DNA of 64,000 nt from Candidatus Bathyarchaeia archaeon (GTDB lineage Archaea > Thermoproteota > Bathyarchaeia > Bathyarchaeales > Bathycorpusculaceae), in assembly GCA_038727135.1 (NCBI GenBank), contig JAVYWL010000002.1, positions 96,001 to 160,000 on the forward strand, written 5' to 3'. Both the position numbers and the translations under genes were made by a program. This document shows positions 1 to 9,784 of this stretch, in pieces (the first letter of the stretch is position 1; the number at the start of each line of letters is the position of its first letter). The notes under the pieces were generated by a model. It did not search any database. It worked only from the letters and a program-made list of their open reading frames with translations, and was not told where the DNA came from.

Positions 1-82
1 TTAAGCCTAAACATTTCTCATCGACTTAATGCACACAAAATTAATTTATCCAGTTAGTGAAATTGAACGTTTAAGATGGAAA

Positions 83-1981
83 ATGAGTAAAAATATTTTA
101 GTCTTATTCGAGCCTGAAGGCCGCAAGGCGGAGGTTGAGTCTGGAATTAGCGTATTTGAAGCTGCGCGTATGGTGGGTGTTGGCCTTAGGTCTGAATGTG
201 GAGGGAAGGGTGTCTGTGGAAAATGTAAGGTTATGGTTCCGGATAAAAAATCTGTTTCGGAAGTAACAGAAGCTGAGAGAAGGCATTTAACCACGGAGGA
301 TATAGAATCTGGCTATAGACTTGCGTGCCAAGCGCTTCTAAAGAAAAGCGTAACTATAATGATACCTGAAGAAAGTAGAATTTTGGCACGTAAAATCCAA
401 GTTTTTGGCTTGGAGAGACCTGTACTGTTGGATGTTTTTGTTAGAAAGTTTCACTTAAGATTGGCTAAGCCTACGCTTTTGGATGTTAGGCCAGACTTTG
501 AAAGGGTTTTGGATGTCTTGAAGGTTGAAGCTGATGTTGGTGAATTAGAAGTTGATTATGATGTTTTGAAGGATTTGCCCGAAACTCTTCGACGTGCCAA
601 TTGGGATGTTACCGTAGCCCTATGGAACTGCCAAAAAATAGTAGCGATAGAGGAAGGCGACACGTCAGATCGCGTTTTTGGAGTAGCCATTGACATTGGA
701 ACTTCAAAAATTGTTGGGTGTCTTGTGGACTTGAAATCGGGCAAAACCATAAGTACGGGGTTTATTGAGAACCCTCAAATTCTGTATGGTGAAGACATTA
801 TTTCGAGGATAGATTTTGCGGCGAATGAGGAGAAGGGATTGGAAAGACTGCAGAAACTTGTTTTGGATGGCATAAACCATGTAATATCCTACATTTGTAC
901 TCAAGCGAGTGTGAATACAGATAACGTTTACGAGGCGACGGTTGTCGGTAACACAGCTATGCACCACTTTCTTTTGGGTATAAATCCAAAATATACGGCT
1001 TTTTCGCCTTTCACACCCGCCATTAAACGTCCAATAAATGTTAAGGCTGGGGAATTGGGCATAAAAATATGTAAAGGCGGCAATGTTCACGTTTTGCCAA
1101 TCATAGCTGGATTTGTGGGCGCTGACGCGGTTGCGGATGTGCTGGCAAGCGGGATTCATACGCGAAAGGAAATATCTCTCCTCCTTGACATTGGCACAAA
1201 CACTGAAATTTTTGTTGGAAATTCAGAGGACATTTTATCTTGCTCTTGCGCCTCTGGACCTGCCTTTGAAGGCGCCCATATTAGGCATGGAATGAAGGCG
1301 GTTACCGGGGCAATTGAAAAAATATCCATAGATCCAACTTCAGGCTACGAGGTGAAGTATAAAACCATAGGCGACGCGGCTCCTCTTGGGATATGTGGCT
1401 CCGCCATAATAGACGCCGTGGCGGAAATGTTGAAGTGTGGGATAATAAACAGTAGAGGAAGATTTAATTTAAATATAAAAACGCCAAGACTCAGGGTTGT
1501 TGATGGAACTCCCGAATTTGTGCTTGTATGGCGAAGTGAAAGCGGAACTGGTAAAGAAATAGCGATTACCCAGAAGGACGTGAACGAGGTGCAGCTGGCG
1601 AAGGCAGCGATATTTACAGGGTGCTGGATCTTAATGAAGAGGAAGAATGTAAAAGTGAATGATGTCGACCAACTTCTAGTCGCGGGCGCCTTTGGAAGCT
1701 ACATAAACCCTGAAAATGCAAAGTTAATAGGCTTGGTGCCCGATGTCCCTGTTGAAAAAGTGAAGTTTGTAGGTAACACGGCACTGGCTGGTGCGAAAAT
1801 GGCTTTAATCTCAGCTAAAGAAAGGGAAACAGCAGAAAAACTGTCAAAAAGTATCCGTTACCTTGAGCTTGCAAGCGATCCAGATTTTCAATTAGAGTTT
1901 GCGGAAGCCGCGTTTTTACCACACAAAAATTTGGACAGATTCCCATCGCTAAAAGAATTCTTCAAAAAGCGTAAACAATAA
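83..1981 (+). CDS. ATP-dependent reductive activator of corrinoid proteins (RACo/AcsV-like; N-terminal 2Fe-2S ferredoxin + ASKHA ATPase, DUF4445)
   Basis: N-terminal CGGKGVCGKC...RLACQ 2Fe-2S motif; two ASKHA motifs DIGTS and DIGTNTE; SGPAFEG; QLAKAAI; AGAFG. Start moved to ATG at 83 (track ORF starts at 29). Confidence 0.9.
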   Translation: MSKNILVLFEPEGRKAEVESGISVFEAARMVGVGLRSECGGKGVCGKCKVMVPDKKSVSEVTEAERRHLTTEDIESGYRLACQALLKKSVTIMIPEESRILARKIQVFGLERPVLLDVFVRKFHLRLAKPTLLDVRPDFERVLDVLKVEADVGELEVDYDVLKDLPETLRRANWDVTVALWNCQKIVAIEEGDTSDRVFGVAIDIGTSKIVGCLVDLKSGKTISTGFIENPQILYGEDIISRIDFAANEEKGLERLQKLVLDGINHVISYICTQASVNTDNVYEATVVGNTAMHHFLLGINPKYTAFSPFTPAIKRPINVKAGELGIKICKGGNVHVLPIIAGFVGADAVADVLASGIHTRKEISLLLDIGTNTEIFVGNSEDILSCSCASGPAFEGAHIRHGMKAVTGAIEKISIDPTSGYEVKYKTIGDAAPLGICGSAIIDAVAEMLKCGIINSRGRFNLNIKTPRLRVVDGTPEFVLVWRSESGTGKEIAITQKDVNEVQLAKAAIFTGCWILMKRKNVKVNDVDQLLVAGAFGSYINPENAKLIGLVPDVPVEKVKFVGNTALAGAKMALISAKERETAEKLSKSIRYLELASDPDFQLEFAEAAFLPHKNLDRFPSLKEFFKKRKQ

Positions 1982-2062
1982 AGGAATATGCAAACTCCAT
2001 TAAAACCGAAACCGTTTAATTCCCCCTCCTCATCTCTTTTTAGCCAATGCTTGGAGGGTGAC

Positions 2063-2290
2063 GTGAAATTGAAAACCTATTTGACAATATGGTTTTACAG
2101 CGAAGGCTCAAGCCCCTTAGAAGTCGTTGAAAAGCTCCGCTCCATGGGTTTTGAACCATTAAGGGGTTATCACGACCACGTCTACGACTGGGGCAGAAAA
2201 GTTGAGCTCATGGAAGTACTGCAACTAGCAAATAAGGTTCACGAGACACTGAAGGGAATGAAAGTCTTATACAAGCTGGAAACAGAATAA
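2063..2290 (+). CDS. Small hypothetical protein (~75 aa)
   Basis: GTG at 2063 preceded by SD-like GGAGGG; protein-like composition; in frame with track ORF 1988-2290. Confidence 0.7.
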   Translation: MKLKTYLTIWFYSEGSSPLEVVEKLRSMGFEPLRGYHDHVYDWGRKVELMEVLQLANKVHETLKGMKVLYKLETE

Positions 2291-2360
2291 AGAAGCGCAA
2301 CTAATCAAGCGAAACATTAAAGAGTCCCCAACATTATTTTTCAAAACTTGCTGAAGTCAT

Positions 2361-2434
2361 GCCGAGGTAGCTCAGCCTGGGAGAGCGCCCGGCTGAAGAC
2401 CGGGTTGTCGCCGGTTCAAACCCGGCCCTCGGCA
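2361..2434 (+). tRNA. tRNA-Phe(GAA)
   Basis: Acceptor stem GCCGAGG/CCTCGGC; anticodon arm CCCGG-CT-GAA-GA-CCGGG; T-loop TTCAAAC; no encoded CCA. Confidence 0.97.
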
Positions 2435-2442
2435 CTTCCATA

Positions 2443-3098
2443 TTAATTTTGGACCATTTGACGACGGGTTTGCGATTTTCTTTTAGGAAGAATTTTCCTG
2501 TTGTCTGCTGATATTGCCGGTATTCGTTGCCGAATCTTTTTGTTAGAAGCTCTTCCTCTATGTTTGCAATTTGAATATAGCCTGGAACGGCGATCAGTGG
2601 AATTATTGTTATTAGGTTTAGTAGTGTGAGGGGTAGACCAATAAATAGGATAAAGTAGGCTAGATAGGCTGGGTGTCTAACGTAACTGTAAGGTCCCCAT
2701 GTCACGAGTTTATGATTTTCAGGCATTTCCCATGATGTTGCGTATCTTCCCCTTGCCAGAATACTCCAGATGAAGAGGAAGTAGCCAAAAGCAGTTAAGA
2801 AAAGCCCGACAGCTTGCACCGAAGAATCGAATGGAAAGCGTAGCTGCAGCCAAGAATCAATTAAAACCTTGTGAAAACCAACGAATACGAGAATTATGTA
2901 GGAGGCAGATTCTATGAAAAGGGAGAAGGTTCCAAGTGCTGCGAGAACAAAGAGTGGCCCCCTTGGAAGCTTCACTTCGGCTTGATATTTAAGCCCCTTC
3001 TTCACTTTGTGAAATTTTTTTAAGATTATACACGTTTACGCCATAAAAAATTGTTAGACATGCAGCTAGAAAGCCCGCCACCAAAATTTCAGGAACAT
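2443..3098 (-). pseudogene. Isoprenylcysteine carboxyl methyltransferase / PEMT-family membrane methyltransferase, frameshifted (pseudogene or sequencing indels)
   Basis: LVTWGPYSYVRHPAY and EEELL..FG.EY..Y motifs in track ORF 2334-3005. The N-terminal TM helix lies in another frame (track ORF 2989-3180). Correcting three single-base indels gives MFPEILV...GKFFPKRK...QN-stop. Confidence 0.7.
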
Positions 3099-3121
3099 AC
3101 CTAAAATGGCGAGTTTTGGTT

Positions 3122-3799
3122 TTAATAAAGATTCTCGGATAATTGCTGCTCATTTTGCTTTTTAACTTTCCCTTTTTCAAGGTTTTTGGCTATTTTCTCC
3201 CAGTCTATTTTGAACATTACTGCTAGCACTATTATTAGTAGGATTATTGCCAATGTCATGCTTATTAGGGCAGTTATCCAGTCGCTTTCTATCCCGAAAA
3301 TTTGCTCAATTATTGTTATGGCGTAGCGGGCGCTATAGGCGATAATTAAGCTCATGCAAATTTTCCCAATTATTGCCGGGATAAAAGCCTTCAACAAGTT
3401 GTAGTGCATTATGCCTAGCGGTATAAAGAGCAAGTCGTCAGGCAGCGGCGTTAAGGCGAAAAGAAAAATTGCGATGGGGCCGTATTTTCCGAAGATTTTT
3501 ACTAGGGCTTCCATTTGGCGTTTGCGCTTCTCGCTTATTATTTTTCTCCCGCCCAGTCCAAGTATGTAACCTGAAAATTCTCCTATAGCTGAACCAGCCC
3601 CGGAAGCCAATGCGATTAGCAAAGGGTCAAGATTTTGAAAGGTGGAAGCTATGGTGAATATGACCACCGTGTATGGTATTGGGAAAAATATTGACATTGA
3701 GCCTATTAGGCTTATTAAAAAGATGCCGAGATAACTGTATTGCACTGCGAAATTTTCCAACCATTGTCTAATTTGTTGGAATATATCAGCCATTGACAA
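3122..3799 (-). CDS. DedA/VTT (SNARE-associated) membrane protein
   Basis: G...GE..GY.LG and FALTPLPDD motifs; multiple TM segments. Confidence 0.88.
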   Translation of the reverse strand: MSMADIFQQIRQWLENFAVQYSYLGIFLISLIGSMSIFFPIPYTVVIFTIASTFQNLDPLLIALASGAGSAIGEFSGYILGLGGRKIISEKRKRQMEALVKIFGKYGPIAIFLFALTPLPDDLLFIPLGIMHYNLLKAFIPAIIGKICMSLIIAYSARYAITIIEQIFGIESDWITALISMTLAIILLIIVLAVMFKIDWEKIAKNLEKGKVKKQNEQQLSENLY

Positions 3800-3928
3800 G
3801 CCTTAGCCTCCTTACTTTTTAGGACATTTGGCTTTAAAGAACTTTTTATAAGCTGGCAGCGGATGCATCAAACTTAAATTTGCTTAAGATAGAATAGGAT
3901 TTCACCTTAAAAGGAGGTTTAACGGAGT

Positions 3929-4456
3929 TTGACGTCTGAGAAGGCGCTTATATGGATTGCCAGAGATCTTTCAAAGTGCAGCGGTTGCAGGAAATGTGAA
4001 ATAGCTTGTTCGCTTTTCCATGAGAAACGTATATGGCCCGAGGCTTCTCGCATTAGGGTTTTTATGCTGGCTCCGGGCTTAGAGTTTCCCCACTTCTGCG
4101 CACAGTGTGAGGACTACCCATGCGTTCAGGCTTGTCCAGTTAACGCCTTGTCAGTCAGCAAGGAAACTGGCGCTGTCCTTGTAGATTCCAATACCTGCAT
4201 TGGTTGTGGGAAGTGTATTGAGGCTTGTCCGGGAAGGATTCCGCATTTGCACCCGTCTGGAAATAAGATTTTAATTTGCGACTTGTGTGGTGGCGACCCG
4301 CAATGCGTTAAGGTTTGCCAAGAGGGGCTTTGGAATGCTCTGCGGGTTGTGCCCAGGGGAAACTACTCCTACAAGCTTTATGCCAGAACCCCCGAGGAGA
4401 TTGCTCAGGATTTGGCTGTTAAAATTTTTGGGGAGGAGGGGGAGCGGTACATATGA
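3929..4456 (+). CDS. 4Fe-4S dicluster (DmsB/HybA-like) electron-transfer subunit of the adjacent oxidoreductase
   Basis: Four Cys clusters (CSGCRKCEIAC, CAQCEDYPCVQACP, CIGCGKCIEACP, CDLCGGDPQCVKVC); ATGA overlap with the next gene. Confidence 0.92.
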   Translation: MTSEKALIWIARDLSKCSGCRKCEIACSLFHEKRIWPEASRIRVFMLAPGLEFPHFCAQCEDYPCVQACPVNALSVSKETGAVLVDSNTCIGCGKCIEACPGRIPHLHPSGNKILICDLCGGDPQCVKVCQEGLWNALRVVPRGNYSYKLYARTPEEIAQDLAVKIFGEEGERYI

Positions 4457-6321
4457 TTTGGGGCTATGCTGGAATGTTCCTTGAGGTTGACCTCTCCGCA
4501 AAAAGCGTTAAAGAAGTGAGATTCAGCGACGAAATTTTAAAGGAGTACGTTGGTGGTAGGGGTTTAGCAGCAAAAATCCTCTGGGACAAACTTGGTGACA
4601 GATGGGAAACTATTGACCCTCTTGGACCGGAAAACATGCTGCTGTTCCTTACTGGACCGCTCACAGGCTTTTTCCCAGGCGGAAGGATTTGTGTTTCCGG
4701 TAAGTCTCCGCAGAGCAATGGTGTTGTTGGCTCCACCATTGGCGGGGAGTTTGGCGTCGAACTAAAATGTGCTGGATACGATGGCGTTATAGTGACTGGT
4801 GAAGCCGAGAAACCAGTCTATTTATTCATTAAGGATTCCGATGTTGAAATTCGTGATGCCAGCCACGTCTGGGGTTTGGATGCGAAGCAGACGGTTGCTG
4901 TTTTAACTCGGGAATGTAGGGGACTTTTGAAGGCTCGTTATCCGCAGAAAGGTGAATGGCGGGAACCCTCAATACTCTATATTGGTCCTGCCGGAGAAAA
5001 CAAAGTGCGGACGGCCGTTGTTGCAGCCAAGTGGTCGCATGCTGCTGGTTATGGCGGGTATGGCGCTGTTATGGGTGCTAAGAGGCTCAAGGCAATAGCT
5101 GTTAAGGGAACTGGTCCACTACCCGAGGTTGCCGATATGGAAGGCGTAAAGGCACTTATACAGGAGGTTTGTAACAACGCCTATGAGAGTGAGCTTTGGA
5201 GACGTTGGGGGACGGGTTCGGCTGGCTATGAGGTTGGGGCGAAAACAAGCTCTGAGCCTGTTCGAAACTGGCAGGAGGAGTGGCACGACGAGAAAAGCTT
5301 CGGTGTTGACGAGTTTGAAAACAGGGTTTGGATAAAACAGTATTGGGGAGATTTTGGGTGTCCAACAACATGTCTAAAAGTGGCTGTTGTGAAATCTGGA
5401 AAGTTTAAGGGCGCAATAACCGATAACCCCGACTACGAGTTGCAGGCTTATGTTGGCACAAACCTTGGCATATTTACTCCAGAAGAGAATGTTTACATGG
5501 CTTCCGTTATAGACGATTTGGGGCTCTGCGGCATACAAACAGGCAACGTTTTGGGCTTCGCAGCTGAACTATTCCAGAGGGGAATATTGACAAAGAAGGA
5601 CTTGGATGGCATAGAACTGAAGTGGGGCGATGCCGAGGCTTTCGCTACCTTAGCCAAGAAAATCGCTCATAGAGAAGGCATAGGTAACATTCTGGCCGAA
5701 GGCACTTATCGGGCAGCCCTAAAAATTGGTGAAATGAAGAACGTTGACATCCTGCCTTACGCCGTGCAAGTAAAGGGCATAGGTGTGGGCGCCCATGGAA
5801 TCAGAAGCGAAAAGGATTACCCCGAAATATACTCTTATGCTTGTTCTGTCCAGTGTGGGGACCACACCTCCACGGCTTGCATGCCCCTAGACGATTTTAG
5901 AAGCGAGCTTATGATGGCTTTCCATGATTCAGGTGTTTACTGCTACTTCAATGTTTTTGGTCTGCCTCGCAATCTGGTTTTCGACTTTTACAAGGCTGTG
6001 ACTGGCATAGAATTGACAAAAGATGACTGGGTTGCCACAAAAGCCATGAAAATAATACAGCTGCAAAGGGCAATGCTCCTCCTAGGCGGACCAGACCTAA
6101 AATGGAATCCGGAAATCCACGATGACAATCCGCCCCGCTTCTATGAGCCTCTGCCATCTGGACCATACAAAGGCAAAACTGTTGAAAAGGCACGTGTAGA
6201 TGAGGAGAAACGCAGATACTATGAGCTTGTTGGTTGGGATGAACGGGGCATACCAAAGTCTGAAACCCTTAGAAGGCTCGGGTTAGACGACGTTGACAAA
6301 GCCTTGGAAAAGCTTCGTTGA
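4453..6321 (+). CDS. Tungsten aldehyde:ferredoxin oxidoreductase family protein (WOR4-like)
   Basis: GGRGL, KSP, ELK.AGYDG, IGPAGEN.VR, GAVMGAKRLKAI, PDYE, DDLGL, YY...GWDERGIP; 622 aa. Confidence 0.93.
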   Translation: MIWGYAGMFLEVDLSAKSVKEVRFSDEILKEYVGGRGLAAKILWDKLGDRWETIDPLGPENMLLFLTGPLTGFFPGGRICVSGKSPQSNGVVGSTIGGEFGVELKCAGYDGVIVTGEAEKPVYLFIKDSDVEIRDASHVWGLDAKQTVAVLTRECRGLLKARYPQKGEWREPSILYIGPAGENKVRTAVVAAKWSHAAGYGGYGAVMGAKRLKAIAVKGTGPLPEVADMEGVKALIQEVCNNAYESELWRRWGTGSAGYEVGAKTSSEPVRNWQEEWHDEKSFGVDEFENRVWIKQYWGDFGCPTTCLKVAVVKSGKFKGAITDNPDYELQAYVGTNLGIFTPEENVYMASVIDDLGLCGIQTGNVLGFAAELFQRGILTKKDLDGIELKWGDAEAFATLAKKIAHREGIGNILAEGTYRAALKIGEMKNVDILPYAVQVKGIGVGAHGIRSEKDYPEIYSYACSVQCGDHTSTACMPLDDFRSELMMAFHDSGVYCYFNVFGLPRNLVFDFYKAVTGIELTKDDWVATKAMKIIQLQRAMLLLGGPDLKWNPEIHDDNPPRFYEPLPSGPYKGKTVEKARVDEEKRRYYELVGWDERGIPKSETLRRLGLDDVDKALEKLR

Positions 6322-6385
6322 AAAACCAACATTTTTTGGCGCTTGGGTAAAGCAAAAACACTAGCCCTCTCTAGTTTTTCTGCTA

Positions 6386-6997
6386 TTACGGTACTACACG
6401 TATAATTCGCGTGGGAGTAACTATTATGGAAACCTTCCTATCCCTTTCCTCAAAAGGCACATTTTCAACCACTTGCATGTCATGGACCGTTGTGGCTACC
6501 GGGATTTCTCCAAACCTATTTTCCAGAATTTCTATTTCTACATCACCGTAGCCACGTCCCTTTCCTAGCCTATGCCCCCTCAAGTCAACAGCCACAGAGC
6601 CCTCAACAATTAGGTCTGGTTTTGGAAAGTCTCTGGTTTGAACCCCAAACTTGAAGGCGCCCTTTATTGTTGAGGCGAAGTGTTCCTTTCCCCGAACTTT
6701 TTCTGGGGTTAATAGTATGAAGCCCCGCGCTAACCTAGGCGAAGCCATAATTAGGATTTTTCCATCTTTTGGGGCGTTTTCCCTCACCCTACGCTGGGGC
6801 GAGTCTGGATTAACAAAAATGACTTTCGCTCTTTTCCATTCCTCAAGCTGGCGAAGCTTATCTGCAGCAGTTTCAGCTCCAACAAAGTTTGGGATTCTAC
6901 TCCAGCACGGAAGCGGAAAGGTTGCTACTCCAGACTTTTCCATTTCCCGCCAGATTTTCTCTCGAAGACGCCGCTTTTCGTCGGCAATATTTAACAT
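6386..6997 (-). CDS. 5-formyltetrahydrofolate cyclo-ligase family protein (archaeal/MTHFSD type)
   Basis: RIPNFVGA, NPDSPQ, GSVAVD..GHRLGKGRGYGD, TTVHD.Q motifs. Confidence 0.9.
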   Translation of the reverse strand: MLNIADEKRRLREKIWREMEKSGVATFPLPCWSRIPNFVGAETAADKLRQLEEWKRAKVIFVNPDSPQRRVRENAPKDGKILIMASPRLARGFILLTPEKVRGKEHFASTIKGAFKFGVQTRDFPKPDLIVEGSVAVDLRGHRLGKGRGYGDVEIEILENRFGEIPVATTVHDMQVVENVPFEERDRKVSIIVTPTRIIRVVP

Positions 6998-7033
6998 TTA
7001 ATGAAAATAAGGGGCGTGAATGCTTTAAAGGGT

Positions 7034-8233
7034 TTAGATTATTCCCAGTTTTTTGCCGCCTTCTTTGAAGGCTTCGGCTGCTCTGTTAAGCTGCTCAGTC
7101 GTGTGTTTTGCACATACTTGAACGCGGATTCTTGCTTTATCTCTTGCAACCATTGGATAGAATATTGGCAGCACGAATATGCCCTTTGTCCACAGGTAGT
7201 CTGCTAAATCCCTTGCAGCCTTACTTTTTCCACACATGACTGGAATTATTGGAGTCTCCGTATTACCAGTGTCGAAACCAGCGTCTTGTAGCGCGTCCAA
7301 CAGGTGGTTGCGGTTCTCCCAGACTCGGCGGACATGTTCCGGTTCTGTTTCAAGGACGTCTATTGCGGCTATGCAGGCGGCTGCGACTCCCGGCGGGACG
7401 GCACCGCTGAGGAGCCAGCTTCTAGCCTTGTTGTAGGCGAAGTTTCGGAGTTCCTCGCTTCCAGTAATGTGTCCGCCTATAACGCCGAACGCTTTTGAAA
7501 AAGTTCCCATCTCCACATGCACCTCGTCACGCCTAAGCCCGTAGTGGCTTACTATTCCTCGTCCGCCCTCGCCTAAAACGCCCTCACCATGGGCGTCGTC
7601 CACGTAAACACCTGCTCCATGCTCCTTTGCGATTTTAACTATCTCTGGCAATGGCGCCGTGTCGCCGTCCATGCTGAAAACTCCGTCAGTTATTATCCAT
7701 ATGTGGTTGTAAGGCGGGTCGTGCTTTTCGGCTTCCTCCATAACGCGGGCTAAGTCTTCAACATCCTTATGCTTGTATATGGCTCTGTCCGCCCGGCTTA
7801 GTCTGCAACCGTCAATTATTGAGCCATGATTAAGCTCGTCTGAAACTATCAAGTCGCCTTTGTCCGCGAGTTGTGGTATAAGCCCCTCATTAACCATGAA
7901 ACCGGTCTGAAATGTAAGCGATGCCGGAGCCCTCTTGAACTTTGCTAGGCGTCTATCCAGCTCCTCGTGAAGAATCATGTTTCCCGAAATTGACCTGTCG
8001 CTTCCAGCACCAGCGCCGTATTTGCGGGTTGCCTCTATCATGGCGTTGACAACCTTTGGGTGGGTTGCAAGGTTTAGGTAGTTGTTGGCGCAGAGCATTA
8101 ACACCTCTTTCCCATTAACTATGCATATTGGCTCGCTTGCAGATTCCAAAACCTTAAGCTCCCAGTTTAGGTTCTCCCGCACCAAACGCTCATATTCCTC
8201 AGCCAAGTAACGTGTAGGATGCCTCTCAACCAT
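7034..8233 (-). CDS. kbl: 2-amino-3-ketobutyrate CoA ligase / glycine C-acetyltransferase (PLP class II)
   Basis: ANNYL, SDELNHGSIIDG, DGVFSMDGD, DDAHGEG, GTFSKAFG; adjacent to threonine dehydrogenase. Confidence 0.85.
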   Translation of the reverse strand: MVERHPTRYLAEEYERLVRENLNWELKVLESASEPICIVNGKEVLMLCANNYLNLATHPKVVNAMIEATRKYGAGAGSDRSISGNMILHEELDRRLAKFKRAPASLTFQTGFMVNEGLIPQLADKGDLIVSDELNHGSIIDGCRLSRADRAIYKHKDVEDLARVMEEAEKHDPPYNHIWIITDGVFSMDGDTAPLPEIVKIAKEHGAGVYVDDAHGEGVLGEGGRGIVSHYGLRRDEVHVEMGTFSKAFGVIGGHITGSEELRNFAYNKARSWLLSGAVPPGVAAACIAAIDVLETEPEHVRRVWENRNHLLDALQDAGFDTGNTETPIIPVMCGKSKAARDLADYLWTKGIFVLPIFYPMVARDKARIRVQVCAKHTTEQLNRAAEAFKEGGKKLGII

Positions 8234-8310
8234 CCACTTTCACCCTCCAATAAGTCTAAATTTAAGGCGCTTTTAACACTTCCTATAAAATTACAGCAGA
8301 AAGGAACATT

Positions 8311-9285
8311 TTAGAGGCGCCCCTCAGCAAAACGCCTAGAAAGCTTCTCAATCATATCACGCGTCATAGAAGCCAAATCATATTTCGGGTTCCAACCCCA
8401 ATCCTCACGGGCCGCACTATCGTCTATGGACATGGGCCAAGAATCTGCAATCTTCTGCCTAAAATCCGGCTTATACTCGCACACAAAATCTGGAATATAC
8501 TTCCTAATTTCTGCCACAAGCTCGGCTGGAGAAAAGCTCATAGCCGCCACGTTATAGCTTGTGCGACACCTAATCTTTGAAGCGTCAGCTTCCATCAGGG
8601 TTATGGCCGCATTTATACAGTCGGGCATATACATCATTGGCAAGACGGTGTCAGCCCTCAAAAAGCATGTGTAACGCCTACGCCTAACAGCTTCATAAAA
8701 AATTTCCACAGCATAGTCCGTTGTGCCCCCACCCGGAGGAGTTTCGCTGCTTATTATTCCGGGATAACGGACGCTTCTAACGTCAACATTATAGCGGAGA
8801 AAATAGTAATTGCAGAGCAATTCGCCGGCAACTTTCGTCACGCCATACATGGTTCTTGGAATTAAAACGGTGTTTTGGGGAGTTTTAACACGGGGTGCCT
8901 CCGGACCGAAAACGGCTATGGAGCTTGGCCAAAAAACCCTTAAGCCATATTGTCTTGCTATTTCAAGCACGTTGTAGAGGCTGCCCATGTTAATGTTCCA
9001 AGCGTTCTGCGGATTCTCTTCACCAACCGCTGAAAGAACAGCCGCCAAATGATAAACCGTGTCAACATCATATTCCTTAACAATTTTCTCAACGTCCTCT
9101 TTTCTCGTTGCATCCAAAAACTCAAAGGGCCCAGAGCTTTGCAGCGCTTCGCTAGGTTTTCTTTTATGTCCGGCCGCAACAACATTTTCTCCACCATACT
9201 TATTCCGCAACTCTAACGTCAATTCAGAGCCAATCTGACCGGTCGCCCCTGTAACAAGAATTTTTTTGGTATGCTTTCTGTACAT
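8311..9285 (-). CDS. tdh: L-threonine 3-dehydrogenase, SDR/GalE-like type
   Basis: GATGQIG, HLAAVLSAVGE, YGVTK, PGGGTTDYAV, RQKIADSWP; start moved to ATG at 9285. Confidence 0.9.
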   Translation of the reverse strand: MYRKHTKKILVTGATGQIGSELTLELRNKYGGENVVAAGHKRKPSEALQSSGPFEFLDATRKEDVEKIVKEYDVDTVYHLAAVLSAVGEENPQNAWNINMGSLYNVLEIARQYGLRVFWPSSIAVFGPEAPRVKTPQNTVLIPRTMYGVTKVAGELLCNYYFLRYNVDVRSVRYPGIISSETPPGGGTTDYAVEIFYEAVRRRRYTCFLRADTVLPMMYMPDCINAAITLMEADASKIRCRTSYNVAAMSFSPAELVAEIRKYIPDFVCEYKPDFRQKIADSWPMSIDDSAAREDWGWNPKYDLASMTRDMIEKLSRRFAEGRL

Positions 9286-9358
9286 TTTGAAACCTCGCTG
9301 GGAGATGCATTGTAACTTTTTAGGGTATATAAGAACTTTTGAAAGAGGTGGACTGTTT

Positions 9359-9733
9359 CTAACGTGCCCATTCTGGGATACGTGCATCTTGAACTGCATT
9401 GTGGTGGGGAATGTAGGGCTTGATGTCAATAATTGGCGAACCCTCCATGGCGTCCAACCCCTTAACTATCAAGGTACAATTTTCCCTTCCAACAAGCTCA
9501 ACAATACATAAGCCTATCGGATTTGGACGGGACGGGCTTCTACAAGCAAAAACGCCCTTCTCCACATTAATCTTGTGCCTCCTCGGAAAAACCAGCAGCG
9601 TCCGTCTATCCGTCTCATTATTGCGCAGATGGAACCAGTATAAAACAATTAGGTGGGAGAACTCCTCAACGCCCTTAAGCCCGCTGCAGAACTCTGGAAA
9701 AATCATTATTTTGAATTCATCTTCTGAATTCAT
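9359..9733 (-). CDS. tsaA: tRNA m6t6A37 methyltransferase TrmO/TsaA family, apparently N-terminally short
   Basis: GVFACRSPSRPNPIGL, GLDA..GSPIIDIKPY; the usual N-terminal PIG strand is not visible. Confidence 0.8.
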   Translation of the reverse strand: MNSEDEFKIMIFPEFCSGLKGVEEFSHLIVLYWFHLRNNETDRRTLLVFPRRHKINVEKGVFACRSPSRPNPIGLCIVELVGRENCTLIVKGLDAMEGSPIIDIKPYIPHHNAVQDARIPEWAR

Positions 9734-9784
9734 AAGTGTTTTAATGTTTCATGATTAACTAATGGCTTGCAGGGTGGAATTGCC

